Both the position numbers and the translations under genes were made by a program. Positions 53,728 through 62,914 of a stretch of DNA of 64,000 nucleotides are shown piece by piece. The notes under the pieces were generated by a model that worked only from the letters and a program-made list of their open reading frames with translations, searched no databases and was not told where the DNA came from. Location of the stretch: NCBI GenBank assembly GCA_964412235.1, contig CAYPNT010000005.1, positions 5,879 to 69,878 on the forward strand. Direction: 5' to 3'. Every line of letters starts with the position of its first letter. The first letter of the stretch is position 1. The DNA is from an uncultured Rhodospirillaceae bacterium (lineage in GTDB: Bacteria; Pseudomonadota; Alphaproteobacteria; MPNO01; UBA830).

Positions 53728-55353
53728 ATGAGCGATGCTCAATCGCGCGGTTACAATGATTTACAAGACCACCTTGAAGCACTTGAGGCGGCCGATTTGT
53801 TAATAAAGATCCATGAGGAAATAGATAAAGATTCTGAATTAAGTCCACTCGTACGGTGGCAATTTCGGGGCGGAATACCAGAGGCGGACCGAAAAGCTTT
53901 TCTTTTCGAGAATGTAAGGAGTGGAACCGGAAGAAAATTCGAGATGCCTGTCACTGTTGGAGCGCTTGCTGGGAACGCGGCAATCTATTCGATAGGCATG
54001 GGGGTTCCAGTCGACGAGATAGGAGCGTGCTGGTCTGAGGCGATTTCTAAACCCATTGCACCCATAACTGTTCCCTCCGGGGCTTGCCAGGAAATTGTGT
54101 TCGAAGGTGATGATCTACGCTCAGGAAATGGGCTCGACGCGCTACCTGTTCCCATCTCAACCCCAGGTTACGATTCTGCACCCTATCTTACGGCTACGGC
54201 TTGTATTACCAGTGATCCTGATACGGGGATCCAAAACTTAGGGACCTATCGGGGTGGACTTAAGGCCCCTGATCGGTTGGGTTTAAAACTTTTCATGTCC
54301 CTCGGACAGGGAGGGGCGACGCATTGGCGAAAATATCGCTCTCGCAACCAGGCAATGCCTATAGCTATGGTTGTAGGTTGCCCACCGCCGGTTGCCTACG
54401 TAGGGCCCCAGAAGCTGCCTGAAGACATGGATGAATTGGCGGTTGCCGGCGGAATCGTTGGTTCACCGATTTGTGTCACACGGGCACAAAAATCCGACTT
54501 ACTTGTACCCGCAGAGGCTGAGATCGTAATCGAGGGGCTGCTGGATCCAGAGTACCTGGAGCCTGAGGGTCCCTTTGGTGAAAGCCACGGTCATATAAAT
54601 CTTGAAGAATTTAACTTTATCTTTGATGTGACCGCGGTGACGCGCCGAAAAGACGCCGTGTTTACGTCTATAATTAGTCAGGTAACTCCGTCCGAGTCTT
54701 CTGTTATCAAACGAGTAGCCTATGAGCCATTATTTCTCGCGCATCTTACGGAACGCCTGGGTGTGCGCGGGGTGGTGAAGGTTTTTATGCACGAAGCCCT
54801 AACAAATTTGCGTAAGGTAGTCGTAATCCAGTTCAACAGAGGAACACCACGGACCGAGATCTGGCGGGCATTATATGGGGCCATGTCATTCCAAGAGCCT
54901 GTTGGGAAATACATGATTGCGGTTGATGAAGATATAGATACCAACAATTTAGATGCCGTCTTCTGGGCCATGAGCTACCGTGCAAATTTAGCTCAGGACT
55001 GCGAAATTTTAAAACACCGGCCCTTGGGGCATGGTCCAAGGACCGTCGCTAGAGAGGATGCCACCTTGGCGGTTGATGCAACACTGAAAGCGGATATGGC
55101 ACCTGTTGCTTTACCCAAGAAAGAGTATATGGAGCACGCGCAGAAACTCTGGGAGAAGTTTAACCTACCAGCTCTTCAGCCCGAAGCACCTTGGCACGGC
55201 TACGAACTGGGAGATTGGAGTGAGGAATGGGACCAGATTGCGCGCAAAGCGGCGGCAGGCGACTGGATTGCCAATGGGGAAAGATCTTATCAACGTCGTC
55301 GCAGGGATTTACAACCAAATACAGACGTTCGACGGGCACTTGATGATGATTAG
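53728..55353 (+). CDS. UbiD-family (prFMN-dependent) decarboxylase, paralogue 2
   Basis: ATG 53728 is preceded by GGAGAGGGG. The listed ORF start 53524 is antisense to the neighbouring gene. It is colinear with 9159..10826, including LEPEGPFGESHGH and the extra C-terminal WHGY.LGDWS ... AAGDW region. Confidence 0.8.
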   Translation: MSDAQSRGYNDLQDHLEALEAADLLIKIHEEIDKDSELSPLVRWQFRGGIPEADRKAFLFENVRSGTGRKFEMPVTVGALAGNAAIYSIGMGVPVDEIGACWSEAISKPIAPITVPSGACQEIVFEGDDLRSGNGLDALPVPISTPGYDSAPYLTATACITSDPDTGIQNLGTYRGGLKAPDRLGLKLFMSLGQGGATHWRKYRSRNQAMPIAMVVGCPPPVAYVGPQKLPEDMDELAVAGGIVGSPICVTRAQKSDLLVPAEAEIVIEGLLDPEYLEPEGPFGESHGHINLEEFNFIFDVTAVTRRKDAVFTSIISQVTPSESSVIKRVAYEPLFLAHLTERLGVRGVVKVFMHEALTNLRKVVVIQFNRGTPRTEIWRALYGAMSFQEPVGKYMIAVDEDIDTNNLDAVFWAMSYRANLAQDCEILKHRPLGHGPRTVAREDATLAVDATLKADMAPVALPKKEYMEHAQKLWEKFNLPALQPEAPWHGYELGDWSEEWDQIARKAAAGDWIANGERSYQRRRRDLQPNTDVRRALDDD

Positions 55354-56094
55354 ATGCTTTCCATTGTCCCAGCGGCTTTTTGCACCGTGATCACGCAATA
55401 TACATGGCCGACACCCAACGGACACAAGGTTTCTATCTTGATTGAAGAGTTGGGGCTCGAAAATGAGGTTGTGCCAATAGATATCAATACGGGTGCCCAG
55501 TTCAGTGACGATTTCTTAACAATCAGCCCGAACAATCGTATTCCTGCTATTATGGATCACGAGCCGGCGGATCGAGGTGCCCCAATTTCTGTGTTCGAGA
55601 GCGGCGCCATACTCATGTACCTTGCGGAAAAGGAGGGTAAATTTCTGCCACATCCTCAAAATACGCGAGCGAGAACATGTGTAATTGAGTGGCTGATGTG
55701 GCAAATCGCCGGGCTCGGCCCCATGGCTGGGCAGGCTCATCATTTTCGTCAAGCAATGGGTGGCGAAAGTGTAGCATACGGGATCGAACGTTATTCGAGA
55801 GAAGTCCGCCGGTTGTACAGCGTTATGAATGATCAACTCTCTGAACACGAGTGGCTGGCTGGAAACGAGTATTCTATTGCGGATATTGCTTGTTGGCCTT
55901 GGGTGCGTCCGTCGCGGCGACAGGGTATAGATAAGGCCGAGTTCATCAACCTAAAACGCTGGTTTGAGTCTATGTCGGCTCGACCAGCCGTGAAGAAAGG
56001 AATGGAACTCCTTTCGGAGCATCGGGGCACGAAATCGATGAGCAGCGAGTCCCGCGATATACTCTTTGGCGCCCGTTCACTTGAGCGGAATTAA
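55354..56094 (+). CDS. Nu-class glutathione S-transferase (YfcG-like GSH-dependent disulfide oxidoreductase)
   Basis: It has TPNGHK, ISPNNRIPAI, FESGAILMYLAEK and SIADIACWPW, as in E. coli YfcG from memory. ATG 55354 abuts the UbiD stop. GTG 55387 would give an N-terminus the same length as YfcG. Confidence 0.7.
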   Translation: MLSIVPAAFCTVITQYTWPTPNGHKVSILIEELGLENEVVPIDINTGAQFSDDFLTISPNNRIPAIMDHEPADRGAPISVFESGAILMYLAEKEGKFLPHPQNTRARTCVIEWLMWQIAGLGPMAGQAHHFRQAMGGESVAYGIERYSREVRRLYSVMNDQLSEHEWLAGNEYSIADIACWPWVRPSRRQGIDKAEFINLKRWFESMSARPAVKKGMELLSEHRGTKSMSSESRDILFGARSLERN

Positions 56095-56969
56095 TTCTTG
56101 TTAGAATTAAGAGGAAGTTTGGACTCTTCGCGAACACTATACCAATTTGCGCCAAAAATAATGACCCCGCCCAGTGCTGTCCAAGGACTTATCGCCTCCG
56201 CATATAGCAAAAACCCAAGCAGTGCCATTAGGGGTAGCCGCAAGAAGTCGAGTGGAAAGATTATCGTTATGTCGGAAAGTTTTAGTGCGCGGGCCATGGT
56301 GTAGTGCGCGGCGAGGCCAGAAAGCCCCCATGTGATTATCCACGGTACGTCTGCTATTGTTGGTGTCACCCATTGGAAAATAAAAACTGCGGGTACTAAT
56401 CCTAACGGTAGCTGTATCAGGTTCATGTAAAAGATGATGCCTTGCGGCGTGTCGGTTCTTGTTAGGTATTTGACTATAATTCCTGATGCCGAATATAGGA
56501 AGGAACCAAAAAGCATGACAAAACCAGCCGTACTGAACGCAGAACCCTCGGGTTGAAGAATAACGAGGACCCCCCCAAATCCTATCAAAGTGGCTATCCA
56601 TTTGTGACGCCACATTCTCTCGCCAAGGAATAAAACAGCAAGGATCGCCGTAAATACGGGCACTGAAAACTCTATAGCGGTCAAGTCGGATAAGGTGAGA
56701 TATAAAATACCGTACATCCAGCAAATTTGGGCAGAAAATTGTATTAACGCTCTAACACCATGGTACCTGAATTTTGCTGTTTGGAGATCACGGAAGCGAT
56801 TACGGATAATGAATGGAAAAACCACTATAATCCCTATCAGTGAGCGGAAGAAGAGGATTTCAAATGTGGACATCGTCGAAAACAATTCTCGCGCAGAGAT
56901 TGCCATCCCGGCAAACCCCGCCATTGTTCCACAAAACCATATGACGGATTGAAAGAGGGGTGGCATCAC
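56091..56969 (-). CDS. DMT superfamily (EamA-like) transporter
   Basis: 292 aa with ten hydrophobic segments. The start (GTG 56969 or ATG 56966) overlaps the stop of the upstream DMT gene. Confidence 0.75.
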   Translation of the reverse strand: MMPPLFQSVIWFCGTMAGFAGMAISARELFSTMSTFEILFFRSLIGIIVVFPFIIRNRFRDLQTAKFRYHGVRALIQFSAQICWMYGILYLTLSDLTAIEFSVPVFTAILAVLFLGERMWRHKWIATLIGFGGVLVILQPEGSAFSTAGFVMLFGSFLYSASGIIVKYLTRTDTPQGIIFYMNLIQLPLGLVPAVFIFQWVTPTIADVPWIITWGLSGLAAHYTMARALKLSDITIIFPLDFLRLPLMALLGFLLYAEAISPWTALGGVIIFGANWYSVREESKLPLNSNKN

Positions 56970-57862
56970 TCGTTACCGTGTTTGCTTTCACGCCAAACAG
57001 AGTAATAATTACCTGCGAAGATAAGAAAAGCCCCCAAAAGCACCCAAGGACTGACTGTTTCATCGTAAATTAACCAACCTACGACGGCGACTAGCGGTAA
57101 ACGAACAAAGTCAACGGGTATACAAACAGTAGCGTCCGCAAGTTGAAACGCTCGTGCGAGGCAGAAGTGTGCCGTAATACCGGTCAGCCCTAGCGCAGCG
57201 AGCCAAGGCGCATCCTCCCAGACCGGCCAAACCCAGTCGAACCAGAAAATAGCTGGAATTAGGGTTAAGGGTAGTTGAAAAAATTGCATCCAAAAGACGA
57301 TTGCTAATGGCGTGTCATCGGCCGTAAGGGATTTCACCAATACGTTGGAGATACCATAAAAAAGAGCACCTAAAAGTACCACAAGGGCTCCCTGTGTGAC
57401 GATTTCGAACCCTGGCCGAAGAATCACGAAAACTCCGACCAAGCCGAGGACTACCGCGAGCAAGCGATGGGAGCTTGCTCGTTCTCTCAAGAAAATCATT
57501 GCGATTATGACAGTCCACACCGGCATGGTATATTCGAGGGCTGTTACATGGGCCATTGGGAGTAACATTATTCCAATTACCCAACACCATTGTCCGACGC
57601 AGTGAAAGAGGTTGCGAGCAATTTGTGTACCTAAGCGACTGGTTTTAACGCTATGAAAACCGACAGTCGCCGCGACAATGCACATTATGGGTATGCCGAT
57701 TATTGAGCGAAAGGAGAGCATTTCGAAGCTCGACATTTTGGTGGAGAGTTCTCGAATGGCGATCATCATAAAGATAAAGGACGCAACTGTACCCAGAACC
57801 CAAAATGCAGCGAGCACGGCATTCTGTGGACGAGGGTCGTTAGTTTCAGTTGATTCCGACAT
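56966..57862 (-). CDS. DMT superfamily (EamA-like) transporter
   Basis: 298 aa with an EamA two-repeat architecture. It is a paralogue of its neighbours (shared blocks FLRER/FLGER, ILRPG/ILQPE). Confidence 0.75.
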   Translation of the reverse strand: MSESTETNDPRPQNAVLAAFWVLGTVASFIFMMIAIRELSTKMSSFEMLSFRSIIGIPIMCIVAATVGFHSVKTSRLGTQIARNLFHCVGQWCWVIGIMLLPMAHVTALEYTMPVWTVIIAMIFLRERASSHRLLAVVLGLVGVFVILRPGFEIVTQGALVVLLGALFYGISNVLVKSLTADDTPLAIVFWMQFFQLPLTLIPAIFWFDWVWPVWEDAPWLAALGLTGITAHFCLARAFQLADATVCIPVDFVRLPLVAVVGWLIYDETVSPWVLLGAFLIFAGNYYSVWRESKHGNE

Positions 57863-57993
57863 CTGAAAGCGAGTCCTAGGGGTGAAAATTCCGGATCGTC
57901 ATAGGTAAAATAGAAGCGCTAGTCTGTGCTGGTTATGATAGAAGCGCAGCGAAGATAACCGGTCAATCGATACCTGCCTAGTATGGAACGAAG

Positions 57994-58009
57994 AAGCATT
58001 TTTATGCTT
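57994..58009 (-). terminator. Weak hairpin AAGCAT-TTTT-ATGCTT just downstream of the third DMT gene
   Basis: A perfect 6-bp stem lies 15 nt past the stop (58024) in the 161-nt gap. There is no clear U tract on the coding strand, so any terminator role is uncertain. Confidence 0.25.
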
Positions 58010-58023
58010 TTCCCCCAGGGAAG

Positions 58024-58950
58024 TTAACTTCGAACAGATTTTCCTTGGTGTTCAAGTTTGTTTTCCCGAGCTGTGATATACCACGTGCTCAGGAATATTA
58101 TACCGCCCCCAAGCCAAACCCATATCTCGGGTACTTCTCCGAATAAAGCAAAGCCAAAACCGGCCGTGATGGGGAGGCGTAAAAAGTCGATCGGAGCAAT
58201 AATACTTGCGTCTGCCATCCGTAGTGCTGAAGTATACATAAAAGGTGCGAATGTACCTGTGAGGCCTACGATAATTATGGGAAGGATATCTTCTATGGTA
58301 GGTGGCACCCAGAGATAAAGGGTAAAGGGGATCGTGAACACTAGAATGAATAAATTGGTGTAGAAGGTTAAGGCGAGGGGGCTTTCGGTCTTGACCATAT
58401 ATTTAAGAAAAATAACGGTCGCGGCGTAACAAAGAGCAGACACTAGGATCATTAGCTCTGGCCAACCTATGGCGAGTTGCCCTGGGCGCAGAATGATGAG
58501 CATACCCCCAAAACCGATGAAAGCGGCAGTAATTCGCCGGATGCCGATTTTTTCTCGAAGTATAAATGCGGCAAGAGCGAGTACAAAAATTGGAAGTACA
58601 AAATGTATAGCGACAGCCTTACCCAGTGGAACAACGGCTATTGCATAAAACCATAAGATCATTCCACCAAAATTTACTACCGACCGAAGTGAATGCATCA
58701 GGAGACGTCGTGTTTTTAGATGGTGTAAGCCCTTCCAGGCATACCAGGGTGTGATTATTCCCAAGCTAAGAGACATTCGCCAAAATACGATCTCGAATGC
58801 CGACATTGTGTCCGATAATAGTCGGACCGAAGAGTGGGTAAGTGAAAATAAAAACATCGATAACACCGCGATAATAACGGCTGTGACTACCGTGGAAGAT
58901 CGGGTGAGCGATGGTAGATTGTTGAACATTCTACGGTTCTGCCGCCGCAT
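58024..58950 (-). CDS. DMT superfamily (EamA-like) transporter
   Basis: 308 aa with ten hydrophobic segments. It begins 31 nt downstream of marR on the same strand. Confidence 0.75.
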   Translation of the reverse strand: MRRQNRRMFNNLPSLTRSSTVVTAVIIAVLSMFLFSLTHSSVRLLSDTMSAFEIVFWRMSLSLGIITPWYAWKGLHHLKTRRLLMHSLRSVVNFGGMILWFYAIAVVPLGKAVAIHFVLPIFVLALAAFILREKIGIRRITAAFIGFGGMLIILRPGQLAIGWPELMILVSALCYAATVIFLKYMVKTESPLALTFYTNLFILVFTIPFTLYLWVPPTIEDILPIIIVGLTGTFAPFMYTSALRMADASIIAPIDFLRLPITAGFGFALFGEVPEIWVWLGGGIIFLSTWYITARENKLEHQGKSVRS

Positions 58951-58981
58951 TTGATCGTGAATTAGTATTTTTTAACAAAAC

Positions 58982-59581
58982 TTAACTGTCGTCGGTCTCG
59001 AGATACCGCTGGAGTTTGACAGCTCGTTCGCTGCTGGAAACGAGATCCGCAATAATGTTGCTTAGTTTTTGAAAATCATCTTTTGTTAGAGAGCCGAACT
59101 CCACGTTATTTACCTGACGTTGGTATGGGGCGAGTTTGGCGAGATCCATAAGCCCTTCTTCAGTAACAGTGAGGACAGTGCGTCGCTTGTCTTTGAGATC
59201 AGAAGATTTTTGTAATAGACCCAGTTCTTGAAGTTTTCTAGTGACGTTCGTTACAAATCCAGTGCTAACATGAAGGTGGTCTGCTAATTTCTTGACGTTA
59301 ACATTACCGTCGCGGCTTAGCCGGGCGACCGAAATTAAGATGGTGTATTCTATTCCAGCGAGGCCTATCCGTTTCGCGTGACCCGCTCTAATCGTTTCGT
59401 GCCGGGCATTGAATGCAAAAAGATCGTGTACCAACTTACGAAAAAGTTGGTCGTGACCACCTACTAGGAGTTCTTTGCGGGAGACAGTAAGGGGATGCGG
59501 ATCATAGTTTCTGTTTTTTTTGTCGTTTGACTGACGTTTAGACATTGAGCCTGGAGTTAGGGTGTCCGGTTCTGGCACCAT
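58982..59581 (-). CDS. MarR-family transcriptional regulator
   Basis: It has a winged-helix block (IEYTILISVARLSRDGNVNVKKLADHLHVSTGFVTNVTRKLQELGLLQK ... DKRRTVLTVTEEG). It is divergent from the hydroxylase gene. Confidence 0.8.
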   Translation of the reverse strand: MVPEPDTLTPGSMSKRQSNDKKNRNYDPHPLTVSRKELLVGGHDQLFRKLVHDLFAFNARHETIRAGHAKRIGLAGIEYTILISVARLSRDGNVNVKKLADHLHVSTGFVTNVTRKLQELGLLQKSSDLKDKRRTVLTVTEEGLMDLAKLAPYQRQVNNVEFGSLTKDDFQKLSNIIADLVSSSERAVKLQRYLETDDS

Positions 59582-59617
59582 ATTTCTTATTTTTCCTTTA
59601 GCATTTTACACTATTTC

Positions 59618-59647
59618 TTGACCATTATTTATATAGTAAATTAGTAT
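59618..59647 (+). promoter_or_regulatory. Possible sigma-70 promoter TTGACC-N18-TAGTAT for the hydroxylase gene
   Basis: The hexamers were read in the AT-rich marR/hydroxylase intergenic region, about 40 nt upstream of ATG 59687. The 18-nt spacer is suboptimal. This is pattern matching only. Confidence 0.25.
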
Positions 59648-59686
59648 TGTTTGTATATTAAAATTAAGCGTTGGGAGAAATTGGTC

Positions 59687-61171
59687 ATGGCGAAAACGGG
59701 TGAACAGCATCTTAAGTCGCTTCGTGACGGGCGCGAAGTTTTCCTCGATGGTAAGAAGGTGGATGATGTTACAACACATCCCGCCTATAAAAACGCAGTA
59801 GCGGCGGCAGCGGCTCTCTACGATTTCCAGGCCGACCCTGACCATATTGATTATATGACTTTTAAAAGTCCAACGTCCGGGGAACGCGTGAACCGTTGTT
59901 GGCAATTAACAAAAAACTACGAAGAGCTTGTAACGCGTCGCAAGGCGATCGCTGGGTGGTCGCAGCTGTCAGGGGGATGGTTGGGAAGATCCCCTGACCA
60001 CATTGCATCTTCAATGGTAGGTCAGGTAATGGGTTTGCCAGTTTTTGAAAAGCATTCGAAAGAACGGGCAAAAGCGCTTGTGAATTACTTTGAATACGTC
60101 CGCGACAGTGACGCTTATATGACCTATGTGATCATCAATCCCCAGGCAGATCGCAATAAAAGTACCGGGGAAATGCAAGATGAATATCTTGCCACTGGCG
60201 TGGTTGATGAAGATTCAGAAGGAATTACCGTGCGTGGCGCCAAAATGTTGGGTACCGGTTCTATCATGGCGAATGAGGTGTTATTTGCGAACATCCAACC
60301 CCTTAAGCCCGGCGAAGAAAAATACGCTATATCGTTTGCTCTTCCGATGAATGCTAGGGGTCTAAAGGTTATGTCGCGGCGTTCCTACGAGGGCTCAGCG
60401 TCAAGTGTTTACGATTACCCGTTGTCTTCCCGGTTCGATGAAAATGATGCCCTGGTGTATTGCGATGACGTTAAAGTGCCTTGGGATCGTGTGTTCATCT
60501 ATAAGGATACGGATACAGCTCGGGCTCAATTTCAAGATACATATGCCCACTATATGCAGAATTACCAAGCCCAAATCCGACTTATGGTAAAAATGCAGTT
60601 CCAGATTGGTGTAGCTCGACGTATAGCGGAGACAATCGGAACAGTCGGAATGCCGCCGGTTGCTGAGAAACTCGGTCATTTGGCGGCGCAGGCCGCCATG
60701 GTTGAAGGTCTCGTCTATGGAATGGAATCAGGAGGTGGTGAATATAATGGTTATTATGTTCCGGACCGTAACTTGATGTATACGGCACAAGTTCTTACAC
60801 AACAACTCTATCCGGAGTTTATTACGTCCATGCGCGAACTTGCGGGCGGGGGGTTAATAATGTTGCCGTCTTCGGCTGAGGATTTTGCTAATCCTGAATT
60901 GAATGAATTGATCAATGCGACCCAAAAATCGGCTATTGGTTCGTCGGAGGAAAAGGTAAAGTTTATGAAGCTAGCGTGGGATGCTATTGGTTCGGAGTTC
61001 GCGAGCCGCCACACCCAGTATGAGATGTTTTATGCTGGAGCACAGTTCGTCACTCGGGCGCACGCTTTCCGCACCTATGATTGGGACAGAGCGAGCAATC
61101 TTGTAGACTCTATCTTGGATCAATATTCGTTAAGTGATGTTATAGGAAGCGATAAGATCGCCGCTGAGTAA
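59687..61171 (+). CDS. 4-hydroxyphenylacetate 3-hydroxylase (HpaB/TC-FDM group D) family flavin-dependent monooxygenase, oxygenase component
   Basis: ATG 59687 has GGGAGA upstream. The N-terminal TGEQHLKSLRDGREVFLDGKKVDDVTTHPAY and its length (494 aa) are typical of HpaB-family proteins. Confidence 0.8.
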   Translation: MAKTGEQHLKSLRDGREVFLDGKKVDDVTTHPAYKNAVAAAAALYDFQADPDHIDYMTFKSPTSGERVNRCWQLTKNYEELVTRRKAIAGWSQLSGGWLGRSPDHIASSMVGQVMGLPVFEKHSKERAKALVNYFEYVRDSDAYMTYVIINPQADRNKSTGEMQDEYLATGVVDEDSEGITVRGAKMLGTGSIMANEVLFANIQPLKPGEEKYAISFALPMNARGLKVMSRRSYEGSASSVYDYPLSSRFDENDALVYCDDVKVPWDRVFIYKDTDTARAQFQDTYAHYMQNYQAQIRLMVKMQFQIGVARRIAETIGTVGMPPVAEKLGHLAAQAAMVEGLVYGMESGGGEYNGYYVPDRNLMYTAQVLTQQLYPEFITSMRELAGGGLIMLPSSAEDFANPELNELINATQKSAIGSSEEKVKFMKLAWDAIGSEFASRHTQYEMFYAGAQFVTRAHAFRTYDWDRASNLVDSILDQYSLSDVIGSDKIAAE

Positions 61172-61233
61172 GTTTTCGGTAAGCGGAATTTTCGACTAAA
61201 TAAGTATAATTTTATTAAACTTATACGTTTCAC

Positions 61234-62811
61234 TTATTTATTTTTGGACCAGAGGCGTTGTAACGTGTTGCGGTCGACTTTTCCCCGGTCGTTTTTGGGG
61301 ATTAGGTCGAGAAAAATTATTTCGGCCGGCATTTTAAAATGAGCAAGCTTCGTAGCGCAATGCGCGTAAACTGCTTCTTTGTCATCAGATGTGTCCGGTG
61401 CCAATACAACAAAGCTCACCGGTTGTTCGCCGTACACCGGATCGGTTACACCAATGGTTGCCACTTCGGAAATCCCTGGAAAGGTTATGAGAGCGTTATC
61501 GATCTCTAGGGGTGCAATATTAACACCACCACGAATTATTACGTCTTTGGTCCGGCCAGTGATTATGAGGTAACCATCCTCATCAAGATATCCCATGTCG
61601 CCAGTTCTAAGTCTTCCAATCGGCTCCAATCTGCCATCGGGTAACAAATATGCCCTGGCGGGTTGTGCGCCTCCGAGCTCAATTTCCCCCGTTTCCCCTT
61701 GCGGCAGTGTCCTGTCATCTGATCCAACTATCCTGAGGTTTTGGTATAAACCCGGGGGGCCTACGCTGCCAAAACGGCGTTCACCAACATGGTTGCTTGC
61801 TACAATTCCCCCTTCGCTCATCCCGTAGAGTTGCACAAGCTCCACCCCATAAGTTTGTTCAAATTTTCGATGTTGATCTACCATTAGTGGTGCAGTCGAA
61901 GAAGACATAAATCTCAGCTGTTTTGTTAATTGAATGTCGTCTGGTTGTGGGTCCTGTTCTAGAAGCATATTTATGACAGTAGGGACACCAATTACCATTG
62001 TAGGATTGTACTGTCGGAGCCATTGAAAAAAACGGGATCGAGAAAAGCGTTCCGCAAGTAAAATAGCCGCACCCACTCGCAGCGCTGGGTTTAAACACAA
62101 CATGTGTGATGATGCCCAACTCAGAGAACGGAATTCTAACATTCGATCGTTCTGCGTGAGTCTCCACATGTCTATGGTTTGGTCTGCTATCCAATAATAA
62201 TTGCCAAATCGATGCAGTACTCCTTTGGGTGCGGCTGAGGTTCCTGATGTGAAGCTAAGCACACATAGGTCATCTGGTCTTGGGTTTGCGTGTGGTGCGT
62301 CATCTCCGTCACCATAACTATTCAAAATTTCAAATAACCCTCCGTCAGAGGCAGACTTGCCGTGTGGGTCACAGTCACCGAAACCAACCCATTGAATGTT
62401 CTGTCGTTCGTTGATCCCTAATGCCTCAGCATTACAATTGGAGTGATATAAAACAAGCTTTGGGTCAATCCGATTCAGCATTTCTCGCACATGGTTCGCG
62501 TTTACTTCTACGTTGACCGTGCAAAAAGCCGCCCCATATCGCTGAATGGAAAAGTAAAGGACCGCCATCTCCAGGCAATTGTGGGTTAGGACTGCAACTC
62601 GCTCACCCGCCTTAACGTTTTGCTCCGCTAGGTACCTTGAGAGGCGATTTGACAGGCACCAGAGTTGGCCAAAGGTAATCGACCGCCCATCCTGATCCAT
62701 CGCTGTAATAAACGTCTTGGTGGCACGTTCCGTTGCGTGCTTGCGCAACATTTCCGCGACGCTTTTATATTGGCGTTCATCTGGTTGTGAAGGCGTATTA
62801 TCCCTATTCAT
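61234..62811 (-). CDS. AMP-dependent synthetase/ligase (acyl- or aryl-CoA ligase)
   Basis: The adenylate-forming motifs are SFTSGTSAAPKGV, YGMSEGG, TGDMGYLDEDGYLIITGRTKD and a C-terminal PKNDRGKVDR. Confidence 0.8.
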   Translation of the reverse strand: MNRDNTPSQPDERQYKSVAEMLRKHATERATKTFITAMDQDGRSITFGQLWCLSNRLSRYLAEQNVKAGERVAVLTHNCLEMAVLYFSIQRYGAAFCTVNVEVNANHVREMLNRIDPKLVLYHSNCNAEALGINERQNIQWVGFGDCDPHGKSASDGGLFEILNSYGDGDDAPHANPRPDDLCVLSFTSGTSAAPKGVLHRFGNYYWIADQTIDMWRLTQNDRMLEFRSLSWASSHMLCLNPALRVGAAILLAERFSRSRFFQWLRQYNPTMVIGVPTVINMLLEQDPQPDDIQLTKQLRFMSSSTAPLMVDQHRKFEQTYGVELVQLYGMSEGGIVASNHVGERRFGSVGPPGLYQNLRIVGSDDRTLPQGETGEIELGGAQPARAYLLPDGRLEPIGRLRTGDMGYLDEDGYLIITGRTKDVIIRGGVNIAPLEIDNALITFPGISEVATIGVTDPVYGEQPVSFVVLAPDTSDDKEAVYAHCATKLAHFKMPAEIIFLDLIPKNDRGKVDRNTLQRLWSKNK

Positions 62812-62914
62812 GCCATTGTTTTACACTGGGGCGGGCTAGCCTGGAAGATGGGGGAAAGCCTGCGTAAGGTTTTTTTTTATGGTAAGATAAGATAGAGAAA
62901 TGGGGGGTGAACCT

